Positions 21,215 through 32,869 of a stretch of DNA of 64,000 bases are shown piece after piece. This DNA is from Clostridia bacterium (lineage in GTDB: Bacteria > Bacillota > Clostridia > TANB77 > UBA1234). The notes under the pieces were generated by a model, which did no database searches, had not been told where the DNA came from, and saw only the letters and a list, made by a program, of their open reading frames with translations. The translations under genes and the position numbers were made by a program. Each line of letters begins with the position of its first letter. The first letter of the stretch is position 1. The DNA lies in NCBI GenBank assembly GCA_017462965.1, contig JAFTQC010000020.1:990-64989 (forward strand). Direction: 5' to 3'.

Positions 21215-21495
21215 TGTGGATAACTCTGAAAATTATTGATATATCAGTATTTAAAAAGGTTATTCACATAATAAAAATTATGTATTGTAGACATAAAAAT
21301 ATATTTATATTTCAAATGTTTGTTCGTATAAATTTCATGGCGAAAATAACCTTTCTTTTTAAAATCTACTGTTATCAACAGTTTGTCCATATTTAAAGTT
21401 TTCAACATTGATTTTGTTGGGGAAATAGCTACTTTGAGGACATTTTGAAGAGTTATCCACAAAATTATTAACAATTGTGAATAAAATGTTAATAA
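21215..21495. other. oriC part 1: DnaA-box cluster upstream of dnaA
   Basis: TGTGGATAA 21215, TTATTCACA 21260, TTATCAACA 21372, TTATCCACA 21453, TGTGAATAA 21476. Confidence 0.9.
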
Positions 21496-21522
21496 CTTTG
21501 TAAATTTTGTTAGGAGGCAGTT

Positions 21523-22884
21523 ATGCAAGAAGATATGAATGACGTATTAGCTAGGGCGAAAGAGCTTATACGTGAGGAAATACCACCGCTTAGATATAAT
21601 ACAGCTATTAAGCCAATGGAAATTCTTTCTCTTACACAAGACACTGTTCAACTAAAAGTTCAAACATCTTATCAAAAAACAAAGATACTTGAACCTTTTT
21701 GTGCAGATCTTATAAAAGAAGCTTTTAACATTGTTACAGAGAGAGAACTAAAAATAGAAATTATTTGTGTAGAAGAATTAGCCTTAAATAATAAAACTGA
21801 AGATGGAGAAGAATCAGATCCAACTTTACCTATTGTTCAAAGTCCAACATCAAAAGCTGCGAATAATGGTGTACTTAATCCAAAATATACTTTTGATTCT
21901 TTTGTCATTGGTAAAAGTAATGAACTTGCACATGCTGCAGCGCTTGCTACTGCTGAAAATCCAGGTCGCGCATATAATCCACTTTTCCTTTATGGAGGAG
22001 TGGGACTTGGAAAGACTCACCTTATGCAAGCTGTTGGTAACTATGTTTTATCACAAAATAGAGCTGCAAGAGTACTTTACATAACTGGAGAAAAATTTAC
22101 AAATGAGCTAGTTTTTTCTATTCAATCTAACAAAAATGAAGATTTTAGAGCTAAATATAGAAATATCGATTTATTATTAGTAGATGATATTCAATTTATA
22201 AGTGGAAAAGAGAGAAGCCAAGAAGAATTTTTCCATACTTTTAATGAACTTTACGAAAATAATAAACAAATTGTTATTTCTAGTGATAGACCTCCTAAAG
22301 ATCTTAACCCACTGGAAGAAAGACTTCGTTCAAGATTTGAATGGGGTCTAATTACTGACCTTAGCAAACCTGATTATGAAACAAGGTATGCTATTCTTAG
22401 AAAAAAGATTGAATCAGATAACATAATTATAGATGAAGAAATTCTTTCACTTATTGCGAATAAAGTTGAGTCAAACATTCGTGAACTTGAAGGAACTTTG
22501 AATAAAATCGTTGCAATGGCTTCACTTACAAATATGCCAATAACTATGCAACTTGCAGAAAGAGCGCTTGGTGATTTACAACATTCTAAAGAAAAAGTCA
22601 TAACTGTAGATTACATCCAAAGTGTTGTTGCAAAATACTATAATATAGATAAAAGTGATTTTAAAGTTCAAAGACGTTCTGGAGATATTGCATTTCCTAG
22701 ACAAATTGCAATGTTTCTTGCAAAACAATTAACAGGACAACCTTTAGTTGAAATTGGTAAGTCTTTTGGAGGAAGAGATCACACAACTGTTATTTATGCA
22801 ATTAATAAAATCGAATCAATCATAAAAACTGATCCGAATACGAGAACAATTGTAGATAATATTAGAAAAATGATAATAAATTAA
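21523..22884 (+). CDS. dnaA: Chromosomal replication initiator DnaA
   Basis: NPKYTFDSFVIG, YNPLFLYGGVGLGKTHL, DDIQF, RLRSRFEWG, FGGRDHTTVIYA. Confidence 0.98.
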   Translation: MQEDMNDVLARAKELIREEIPPLRYNTAIKPMEILSLTQDTVQLKVQTSYQKTKILEPFCADLIKEAFNIVTERELKIEIICVEELALNNKTEDGEESDPTLPIVQSPTSKAANNGVLNPKYTFDSFVIGKSNELAHAAALATAENPGRAYNPLFLYGGVGLGKTHLMQAVGNYVLSQNRAARVLYITGEKFTNELVFSIQSNKNEDFRAKYRNIDLLLVDDIQFISGKERSQEEFFHTFNELYENNKQIVISSDRPPKDLNPLEERLRSRFEWGLITDLSKPDYETRYAILRKKIESDNIIIDEEILSLIANKVESNIRELEGTLNKIVAMASLTNMPITMQLAERALGDLQHSKEKVITVDYIQSVVAKYYNIDKSDFKVQRRSGDIAFPRQIAMFLAKQLTGQPLVEIGKSFGGRDHTTVIYAINKIESIIKTDPNTRTIVDNIRKMIIN

Positions 22885-22887
22885 TCG

Positions 22888-23260
22888 TTATCAACACGCT
22901 CAAACCCTACGGAAGTAGTTATCCACATTTTGTTAGTTAATGTTAATAACTCGATTTGTTTATTTATCAATAGTTAATAAATTTTAGAATTTTTTGTAAA
23001 ATAATGTCGAAACTTACAGACAAAAGTTTTACAAGAGATACTAACATAGGAATGTTAAAAGTGTGTCAGTAAGTTGTTGATAAGTCGATTTCCACAAAAT
23101 GGTGTTAGTCAATGTGAATTATCGTGTTGAATTTCAACAAGTTATCCACAAGGTTTTAAGCTTACGGATCAACGGTTTAGACCACTTATCCACACTACTA
23201 ACATACACTACTACTACTACTACTAAATATTATTTATATTATATTTATAAAAAAGGTTTT
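22888..23260. other. oriC part 2: DnaA boxes, DnaA-trios and AT-rich unwinding element
   Basis: TTATCCACA at 22919, 23142 and 23186; (CTA)6 at 23208-23225 followed by an AT-only tract, the same layout as the B. subtilis dnaA-dnaN unwinding site. Confidence 0.88.
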
Positions 23261-23371
23261 CCAAAAAATTTTGGCAGAACATTTTATTAAATAGATTTAT
23301 TTATTTTACTAATGAAAATTATCTTTTATATATTAAGAATAAATAAGTAATAGAAAGACGAGGTTTTATTT

Positions 23372-24490
23372 ATGAAATTTATATGTGAAAAGGATAAATT
23401 ATTAATAGGATTAAATTCTGTAAGCCGTACTTCCGTAGGAAGGACTACTACACCAATCCTAGAAGGTATATTTATTAACGTAAAGAAAAATACAGTGGTT
23501 TTAACAACTAATGATTTGGATATTGGAATGGAATATACACTTGATGATGTTGAAACAATCGAAGAAGGAAAAGTTGTAGTTGATTGTAAAATGTTTGGAG
23601 ATATTATTAGAAAACTTCCAAATGAAAGAATCACTTTTTATATAAATGATAAAAGTTTACTTGTTATTGAATGTGAAGGTTCTGTTTATAAACTTTCTAC
23701 TATGAATGCAGATGAATTTCCTGTTTTACCTAAAATAGATGTTGAGAAAAGTATTTCTCTTTCTCAAGGTGCACTAAAGGAAATGATTAAAAAGACAATT
23801 TTTGCTGTTAGTGTTGAAGAGAATAGACCTATTTTTACAGGATGCTTACTTGAAGTTAAAAATGATGAGCTTAATGTAGTTGCTGTAGACGGTTACAGAC
23901 TTGCATTAAGAAAGGTACCAATGGGCCCAGGCATTGAAAAGTTTAACGCAATTGTTCCTGGTAAATATTTAAATGAGATAGTTAAAAATTTACAAGATAT
24001 AGATGAAGTTATAAATATAGGAATTTCTAAAAATCAAGCTTTGTTTGAAATTAAAAATTGTAAAATTGTTTCGAGATTGCTTGAAGGTGAGTTTTTAAAT
24101 TATAACAGTGTAATTCCTGTTGAGAAGGATACTAGAATAAAAGTAAATAAGAACGCACTTCAAAATGCTATAGAAAGAGCTGCTATTTTTTCTAGTTCTT
24201 CTGCAGAAAAAGAAAAGAAATATCCTATTAAGATGTTTGTAAGTCTTGGTAGTGTAATTATTTCTTGTACATCACAAGTTGGTGATGCGAAAGAAGAAGT
24301 TTTAGTTGAAACTACAGGTAAAGAACTTGAAATTGGATTTAACCATAAATATTTAATTGATGCATTAAAAGTAATTGAGGATGATGAAATTTATTTAGAT
24401 TTTGGAAGCAGCATTTCTCCTTGCATCATTAGACCGATTGTTGATGATAAATATACATATATGGTTTTACCTGTTAGACTTAAAGAATAG
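23372..24490 (+). CDS. dnaN: DNA polymerase III beta clamp
   Basis: TTPILEGI, NRPIFTG, VAVDGYRLA, SRLLEGEF, MVLPVRL. Confidence 0.96.
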   Translation: MKFICEKDKLLIGLNSVSRTSVGRTTTPILEGIFINVKKNTVVLTTNDLDIGMEYTLDDVETIEEGKVVVDCKMFGDIIRKLPNERITFYINDKSLLVIECEGSVYKLSTMNADEFPVLPKIDVEKSISLSQGALKEMIKKTIFAVSVEENRPIFTGCLLEVKNDELNVVAVDGYRLALRKVPMGPGIEKFNAIVPGKYLNEIVKNLQDIDEVINIGISKNQALFEIKNCKIVSRLLEGEFLNYNSVIPVEKDTRIKVNKNALQNAIERAAIFSSSSAEKEKKYPIKMFVSLGSVIISCTSQVGDAKEEVLVETTGKELEIGFNHKYLIDALKVIEDDEIYLDFGSSISPCIIRPIVDDKYTYMVLPVRLKE

Positions 24491-24509
24491 ATTGGAAACT
24501 TAGATACAT

Positions 24510-25613
24510 ATGATTATTAAAAGTATTTATTTAGAAAACTTTAGAAATTATAAAGCACAAGAGATTAAGTTAGATGAAAATATTAATGTTTTTTATGGTA
24601 ATAATGCTCAAGGGAAAACAAATATTTTAGAAGCTCTGTACTTTTGTGCTTTCGGAAGATCTTTTAGAACGCATAAAGATGCGGAGCTTATTTCGTTCGA
24701 TGATGATATTGCTAAAGTTGTTGTTGATTTTAATAAAGCAGAGAGAGACAAGAAAATTGAGATAGTGCTCAATAGGAAAGCAAAAAAACAGATAAAACTT
24801 AATGGTATTAAAATAAATAAAAATAGTGAGCTTTTAGGAAATATGAATTTGGTTATTTTTTCTCCAGATGATATTATAATCCTTAAAGAATCACCAGCTT
24901 CGAGGAGAAAATTTTTAGATATTTTGATAAGTCAGCTTAGACCTAATTATGCACATATGCTTAGTGAATATAATAAAGTTTTAGATAATAGAAATGCGAT
25001 GTTAAAATCTCAAAGACTTGATGGTATTGAAATTTGGAATGAGCAACTTGCAAGTTATGCAGAAAAAATTTGTGAATATCGCAGAGAATACATTGAAAAA
25101 ATTTCACAAAATATTAAAAAAATTACTCCGAATTTAACAAATGATAAAGAAATGTTAACAATTAAATATAAAACTCAGTTTAATGTTAAATCGGATTTCT
25201 TAGATCATTTAAATAAGAATTTGAAGATAGATTTAATTAGGGGTTTTACTAGTGTTGGTATTCATCGTGATGATTTTGAACTTTTAGTTAATGATCGTGA
25301 ACTTAATTTGTATGGTTCACAAGGCCAACATCGAACTGCGATTTTGGCTCTTAAATTTGCTGAAATGGAAATTATAAAAGAGGAAGTTAATGAGAAACCA
25401 ATTTTGCTTTTGGATGATATAACTTCTGAATTAGATCTTGAAAGAATTAAGTTGATTTTTGACAAAATTAGTGGGTATCAAGTGCTGATAACTTGTACGG
25501 ATGCTAATATTATAAGGAATTTTGAAAGTTTGACAAAAAATACAAAGTTGTATAGAATAGTTGAGGGTAGTTTGGAAATTGGGACGGTTCCTTTTTCCAA
25601 TTTAAATGAATAA
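24510..25613 (+). CDS. recF: DNA replication/repair protein RecF
   Basis: NFRNY, GNNAQGKTNILEA, SQGQHRT, PILLLDDITSELD. Confidence 0.95.
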   Translation: MIIKSIYLENFRNYKAQEIKLDENINVFYGNNAQGKTNILEALYFCAFGRSFRTHKDAELISFDDDIAKVVVDFNKAERDKKIEIVLNRKAKKQIKLNGIKINKNSELLGNMNLVIFSPDDIIILKESPASRRKFLDILISQLRPNYAHMLSEYNKVLDNRNAMLKSQRLDGIEIWNEQLASYAEKICEYRREYIEKISQNIKKITPNLTNDKEMLTIKYKTQFNVKSDFLDHLNKNLKIDLIRGFTSVGIHRDDFELLVNDRELNLYGSQGQHRTAILALKFAEMEIIKEEVNEKPILLLDDITSELDLERIKLIFDKISGYQVLITCTDANIIRNFESLTKNTKLYRIVEGSLEIGTVPFSNLNE

Positions 25614-25655
25614 TTAGTAAAATTGGAAAAAGGAACCGTCCCAATTTCCAAATTT
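25574..25655. repeat. Inverted pair of GGAAATTGGGACGGTTCCTTTTTCCAA repeats overlapping the recF 3' end
   Basis: Same unit recurs at about 27997-28025 and (inverted) 28186-28215. Confidence 0.85.
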
Positions 25656-25662
25656 TGAAGGG

Positions 25663-25935
25663 ATGTTTATGTACGTTCATATTGGTAATGATGAAATTTT
25701 AAATAGAGATGATATTATTGCGGTTTTGGATTTGTCTCAAATTAAACATAGTAGACAAAATTTGAGAATTATTAATGAAATGAAAGCACGAAACAATCCT
25801 AGTGATCAATCAGTAATAATAATTCAAAGAAATAATAAAGAAGAAAGAATTTTTACTAATATAGCAGTGTCAACTTTAAGAAAAAGACTTAGTACAAATG
25901 CATATACTTATTTTCCTGAGGAAAAAGATATTTAA
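25663..25935 (+). CDS. remB: DUF370 / RemB family protein
   Basis: MYVHIG..DIIAVLD..TNIAVSTLRKR; position between recF and gyrB. Confidence 0.8.
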   Translation: MFMYVHIGNDEILNRDDIIAVLDLSQIKHSRQNLRIINEMKARNNPSDQSVIIIQRNNKEERIFTNIAVSTLRKRLSTNAYTYFPEEKDI

Positions 25936-25943
25936 GCAACTAA

Positions 25944-27908
<1,965 letters not shown>

Positions 27909-27996
27909 TTTTTAAATAAAATATTAGTCATTTAAAATTTGCTACTATGTATAAATTTCATACACATGTGACATCTTTTAAATGACTTTTGTTTTT

Positions 27997-28220
27997 TGGA
28001 AATTGGGACGGTTCCTTTTTCCAAATTTCAAAATAAGAAGACGAGGTTTTTGGACAAGGGGGACGGAGAAATTTGTCCAATTTTATTAAAAGTTAAGTTA
28101 TTATTTAAATAAAACTCAAAATTGGACAAATTTCTCCGTCCCCCTTGTCCAAAAACCTCGTCTCTTTTTTACAAAAATTTTTTAAATTTGGAAAAAGGAA
28201 CCGTCCCAATTTCCAAAAAA
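27997..28220. repeat. Nested cluster of GGGAC-core inverted repeats after gyrB
   Basis: Outer GGAAATTGGGACGGTTCC pair encloses an inner GGACAAGGGGGACGGAGAAATTTGTCCAA pair (28052 and inverted near 28124). Confidence 0.85.
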
Positions 28221-28232
28221 GGAGTAAAGTTT

Positions 28233-29606
28233 ATGGAAATACCAAAGAATATTTTTAGAGGATATGATATTAGAGGTATCTATCCTACAGAGATTGACAG
28301 AGAGGTTGCAAGAAAGATTGGTCTTGGTTTTGCAACGTTAATGAAGGAGAAGGGTGAGACTAAAATTATTGTTGGTCATGATAATAGAAAGTCTTATGAT
28401 GATTTGTATCAAGGATTGACAGAGGGTATTACTGAGACAGGTATGAATGTTATTGATATAGGTTTTTGTGTTACGCCTATGACGTATTTTGCTAGAGAAC
28501 TTTTGAATAATAAACCTTCTATTATGATTACAGCAAGTCATAATCCAAAAGATTATAACGGTTTTAAAATTTGTGGTCTTGGTAGAGATACTATTTATGG
28601 AGAAGAAATTCAAGACTTGAGAAGATTTATAGAAGCTGGTGAATTTGCTTCTTCTGATATTAAGGGAATTATTGAGAAAAAAGATATAAGAGATGATTAT
28701 ATAAATTATATTGTTGATAAAGTTAAGCTTGGAGATAGAAAATTAAAGGTTGCTATTGATTGTGGTAACGGTGTTGGTTCTTTATTTGCTGAGGAGATTT
28801 TCACTAAACTTGGTTGTGAAGTTTTACCTGTTTGTTGTGAATCTGATGGAGATTTTCCAATTCATCATCCGGATCCTTCTCAAGAGAGTAATATGTTAGA
28901 GTTTGAAAAATTTGTTGTTGAGAATAATTGTGATGTTGGTCTTGGTTTTGATGGGGATGCGGATAGAGTTATTGCATTTGATGAAAAAGGAAATATCCTA
29001 TTTGGTGATGACTTTATGGCTATTATTTGGAGAGATTTGATGCCTAAATATCCTGGAGCAAAAGGAATCCTTGATGTAAAGTGTACACAAGCTTTATATG
29101 AAGAAATTGAGAAACTTGGCGGTATTCCTGAGTTTTGTAAGGTTGGAAGCTCTTTGATTAAAGCTAAAATTAGAGAAGAGAATTTGATTTTTGCTGGTGA
29201 GTATGCAGGACATATTTATTTTAATGATGAACATTATGGATATGATGATGCTATGTATTCTGGTGCAAGACTTCTTAGAATTTTATCTAATACGGATAAG
29301 AAGATGTCTGAACTTTCTGAGGGAATTCCTGTATATCCTGGAAGTCCAGAGATAATCGTAAAAGTTACTGATGATACGAAAGCTCAAATTGTTGAAAATG
29401 TTAAAAATAGATTTATTGCAGAAGGCTATGAGGTTATAGATATAGATGGTGCAAGGGTTATAATTGGTCATGGCTGGGGTCTTGTTAGATATTCAAATAC
29501 TGGTCCTAATTTGACAATTAAGTCTGAATCTACAACTATGGAAGCTGCAAATGAAATAATTGAACAAATCAAAAAATATATAAATGAAGAAATTGCAAAG
29601 TTATAA
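28233..29606 (+). CDS. Phosphomannomutase/phosphoglucomutase
   Basis: IFRGYDIRG, MITASHNP, FDGDADR, AGEYAGH, GLVRYSNT; RBS AAGGAG before ATG 28233. Confidence 0.92.
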   Translation: MEIPKNIFRGYDIRGIYPTEIDREVARKIGLGFATLMKEKGETKIIVGHDNRKSYDDLYQGLTEGITETGMNVIDIGFCVTPMTYFARELLNNKPSIMITASHNPKDYNGFKICGLGRDTIYGEEIQDLRRFIEAGEFASSDIKGIIEKKDIRDDYINYIVDKVKLGDRKLKVAIDCGNGVGSLFAEEIFTKLGCEVLPVCCESDGDFPIHHPDPSQESNMLEFEKFVVENNCDVGLGFDGDADRVIAFDEKGNILFGDDFMAIIWRDLMPKYPGAKGILDVKCTQALYEEIEKLGGIPEFCKVGSSLIKAKIREENLIFAGEYAGHIYFNDEHYGYDDAMYSGARLLRILSNTDKKMSELSEGIPVYPGSPEIIVKVTDDTKAQIVENVKNRFIAEGYEVIDIDGARVIIGHGWGLVRYSNTGPNLTIKSESTTMEAANEIIEQIKKYINEEIAKL

Positions 29607-29626
29607 TCTACTAAAGATTCGAGGTA

Positions 29627-30382
29627 ATGTGTATGGCTTTTAGAGGCAGAGGTGGATTTCCTGGAGGAAGGCGCTCGAGTACGGGAAATAGTGGTAATTT
29701 AGGGAACAAGGGAAGTAGAATATATAGACGCGGAGGATTTTTCTCTGGTCGACCCTACGGTAGACCAATATATATAACATATAACTGCAATGCGGTTTTG
29801 GTAATGGAAGTTGTTATTTTATTGGTTGCATTGTTCTTATATTTATATAATTTCGAGTCAGTGTATATAAGAGATCCAATTGAATATGCCAAAACTTCTT
29901 TTCTTGATGTTCAATTTGGTGGAACATTACTTTATACGATATTACTATTAATTATAAATGCTTTAAGAGATGTGCCTGAAAAAGCGTTAAAGTGCTTTGT
30001 AGGAGTTTTTGTTTTAGCAATTATTTTCTGTTCGTCGGTAGGTGTGGCTAAATTAAATATGGATAACAAGTATACAGAAGAAAAGTTTGCGGAAATGTAT
30101 AGTGAAGTTTATTTTAAAGATAAGACAAATGGAAATTTATTGAATATATCTTTAGATGGTGTTGTAAAAACAGAAGCAAATGAGGATATTTTTAAGAGAG
30201 AATGCGAAAGTCTTTATAAAAGTTTTACTTTAAAGGTTATGGTTGGATTTTTTGTACAGTTTGTATTACTTTTGCTTAATGGATATTTGATTATAAAAGT
30301 AGCTAAATCTAAAGAAAAGTTTGACAAAGCGCAGAAGGAAAATGAGGTTTTGTTTGATGAAGAGCAAAATATAAAAGTATAA
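29627..30382 (+). CDS. Hypothetical multi-TM protein with Gly/Arg-rich N-terminus
   Basis: FRGRGGFPGGRR..RRGGFFSGRPYGRP then about 4 hydrophobic segments; hairpin terminator at about 30386-30421. Confidence 0.7.
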   Translation: MCMAFRGRGGFPGGRRSSTGNSGNLGNKGSRIYRRGGFFSGRPYGRPIYITYNCNAVLVMEVVILLVALFLYLYNFESVYIRDPIEYAKTSFLDVQFGGTLLYTILLLIINALRDVPEKALKCFVGVFVLAIIFCSSVGVAKLNMDNKYTEEKFAEMYSEVYFKDKTNGNLLNISLDGVVKTEANEDIFKRECESLYKSFTLKVMVGFFVQFVLLLLNGYLIIKVAKSKEKFDKAQKENEVLFDEEQNIKV

Positions 30383-30541
30383 GAAAGATAGACTCAAGGT
30401 CTCGTCCTTGAGTCTATCTTTCTTATTTATTCTTGGAAATTTGAAGTTTTCATGTTATAATTTCAAATTGTAGGAGGTTTACCATACTTTGCAACTCGGT
30501 TTTTTCGAGATTGCGTGCCTAGAACAAGGAGGGAAATTCGC

Positions 30542-31555
30542 ATGACACCTACTGCCAATTACGACAAGCGGTTTCATTTCTTCGCCAATGACGGTGGGAA
30601 AGAGCTGACTGTTAGCTGTTTTCACGGGCTTTTGAATGCTCAAAGCCGGATTCGTGAAGACCAATACATTCGCATGTTTTTGGGCTTCATTGAACTCGGC
30701 GTTGTTGAAGCACTTGATGAGCTTGAAGTAGTTCGTATTGGAGGAAGGGGACTTTCGAGATTTGCGAGCGAAAAAACTGGGAACAGGTATCTGCTCATCG
30801 ATGCAAACTGTTTCACTCAACTGCTGGATAAGGATATTTCTTTGGAAATGTTCTTGCGGATTACGTTGCCCGATGTCATGGTCCATGTTGGGACTGAAGA
30901 AGAAATCGACAAATGGTGTTACTACAATAAGGCGAGAGTCTCGAAGTATATCAGATACTCGCATCCGCTGTGCTCGAGCGAAGAATTACAGCGAATGAGG
31001 GAAGCAGAAAAGAGGATTCTTTTCTGGGATCTGATGGATAACAGCAGAGCAAAGCTTTGGTTTTCGGCGGATTCTGGCGAGAATGCTCGTTGGAAATCGC
31101 GCTTGAACATCCAAAATTCCGAAGATCTTCGAGAAGCACTTCGTTCTTCCAAGAATGTATATGCATTCCTTGGAAACATCCAAATCAGTAGTGTTTGGCA
31201 TCAAGAAGATGCAAACAATTTCGTTTTCGATGGTGCTGATTTTGGATTGCTTGGAAAGGTTTTTCCGGATAATGAGGACTGTTTTGATCTGTGGCCTGAA
31301 CAGCTCGATGCGTTTTTGAAAAGGGAGATTTCTCTTGAAGAATTCGTGTATGTTGCATACGTCGAATCTTATGGAGAAGAGTCTGAATACGAAATCGCAA
31401 TTGCTGACGATGCAGAGGAGGCCTGGGAATACATTCAGGACGGTTGGACCTTAGTCTGCAGAGTCAAGGATATCATGTGTGAAACCGGCTATACCAACGG
31501 TTCGCCCGAACAATTCTCAAATGAAAGCCGCGTGCTTTTTGAGAAGGCGATATAA
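30542..31555 (+). CDS. Hypothetical protein, GC-richer than host, internally duplicated
   Basis: Long ORF with RBS GGAGGG before ATG 30542; terminator GGCATCCC..GGGATGCC at about 31607-31628. Confidence 0.7.
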   Translation: MTPTANYDKRFHFFANDGGKELTVSCFHGLLNAQSRIREDQYIRMFLGFIELGVVEALDELEVVRIGGRGLSRFASEKTGNRYLLIDANCFTQLLDKDISLEMFLRITLPDVMVHVGTEEEIDKWCYYNKARVSKYIRYSHPLCSSEELQRMREAEKRILFWDLMDNSRAKLWFSADSGENARWKSRLNIQNSEDLREALRSSKNVYAFLGNIQISSVWHQEDANNFVFDGADFGLLGKVFPDNEDCFDLWPEQLDAFLKREISLEEFVYVAYVESYGEESEYEIAIADDAEEAWEYIQDGWTLVCRVKDIMCETGYTNGSPEQFSNESRVLFEKAI

Positions 31556-31633
31556 CCGCTGATAAGATACTGTAAAACTTGTTCAACAAAATAAAATACA
31601 AAAAACGGCATCCCATTTTGGGATGCCTCTTTT

Positions 31634-32134
31634 TTATTTTACGTCATAAAACCAATCTTTAATATCCTCCTCAGATGCTACTGTTCCAGACGCTCTTGTT
31701 ATTGCCTTGTAAGCTAATACATTAAATGCGATTATGAAAACAAGTGTAAGCCCTAATAAATCGTAAAGTGAAGGATAATAATATCCTGTAAGTACAAGTA
31801 AATAATCTATAAGATAAGGCAAAGCACAAATAATATCGTAAAGTAATAACCAGCCGATTGATAAGCTAGAAATAATGATATTTCTTTTTGTTTTTTTGAT
31901 GTCTTCTTTATCACTTGCAAATATTGCAAAAATTGTAAAAACTAACGCTACTAATTCAAAAATGATACCGAAATCAAATTCGCCAAGCGTAAGAAAGAAA
32001 ACATAAGTTAATAGATCAAAAAAAAGCACAGCTAAAGAAAATTTTAGATAAGTATTTGCTTTCATAGAGTACGTTTTCTTTATATGAGCTTTTTGCTCTT
32101 CAATTTCTTCTTTTGTATCTAGTTTTATTTTCAT
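31634..32134 (-). CDS. Hypothetical membrane protein (about 4 TM)
   Basis: 166-aa hydrophobic ORF with RBS GGAGGG. Confidence 0.7.
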   Translation of the reverse strand: MKIKLDTKEEIEEQKAHIKKTYSMKANTYLKFSLAVLFFDLLTYVFFLTLGEFDFGIIFELVALVFTIFAIFASDKEDIKKTKRNIIISSLSIGWLLLYDIICALPYLIDYLLVLTGYYYPSLYDLLGLTLVFIIAFNVLAYKAITRASGTVASEEDIKDWFYDVK

Positions 32135-32276
32135 AATTCCCTCCAGTGAAAATAATATAATAATATTTTACAAATAAAGGAAAAAGTTATCAAGGGGGAC
32201 GCCCCTTTTTGTGAAAAATTTTGACGAAAAAAACTGCAGCAAAGATGATTCTTTGCTGCAGTCTTTGGCAGATGGA

Positions 32277-32516
32277 TTAGGCTGAGAGTTCGGCAATCCA
32301 ATCTGCCATGGTCATGGGGTGACGCTTGCTTACGAAAGCTATGGCTTTGGTGAGCATTTCACGGTCTCCCCATACCGTGAACATCTGATGAAGCTTGAAG
32401 TTTTCTTCATCAGACAGCACTTTCCGGGCCACCTTGATTACACCCTTGAGGGTGATGTCTGCGCCGGTGGATTCAGGGGTAGTGGTCGTCATTACTTCTT
32501 CTTGCGTTGTCTGCAT
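32277..32516 (-). CDS. Small hypothetical protein (79 aa)
   Basis: RBS GGAGG before ATG 32516 (MQTTQEEVMTT..); terminator CTGCAGCAAAGA..TCTTTGCTGCAG downstream. Confidence 0.55.
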   Translation of the reverse strand: MQTTQEEVMTTTTPESTGADITLKGVIKVARKVLSDEENFKLHQMFTVWGDREMLTKAIAFVSKRHPMTMADWIAELSA

Positions 32517-32719
32517 TTTAACCTCCTGTTTTTCCTCGGTCGAGTACGTTGAGTTGCTAGATGGAACAGTACCATTTAGCCTCTGCAAATAAGCTTTTAC
32601 ACTTACTGCAATTTGACTTGCAAACCTCTCAGAGCGCGAGATTTACATTAAAAGGGCGTCAAATTACACCATATATTATACCACAAAATGCAAATTATGT
32701 AAAATGTTTATGAATTAAG

Positions 32720-32748
32720 TTGACAAAAAACATGATGCAAAGTAAAAT
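32720..32748 (+). promoter_or_regulatory. SigA-type promoter
   Basis: TTGACA-17 bp-TAAAAT upstream of the protease gene. Confidence 0.55.
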
Positions 32749-32869
32749 GCTTATGTAAATTACGCCCGAGAAATAGGAATATTTGCACAAAAGAAAAAAG
32801 AGTTAGTAATTTGTAAAAATTATTTAATTTCTCAATTTTGAAAGTCTGGAAGTATTGAGGTTTTGTGCA

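Noticed and set aside
28122-28232. N-terminal extension of the phosphomannomutase in the ORF track
   Set aside because: It runs through GGGAC repeats; the RBS supports ATG 28233.
30479-31400. Several minus-strand ORFs opposite the 30542 gene
   Set aside because: They lack RBS or terminator support and are expected by chance in GC-richer DNA.
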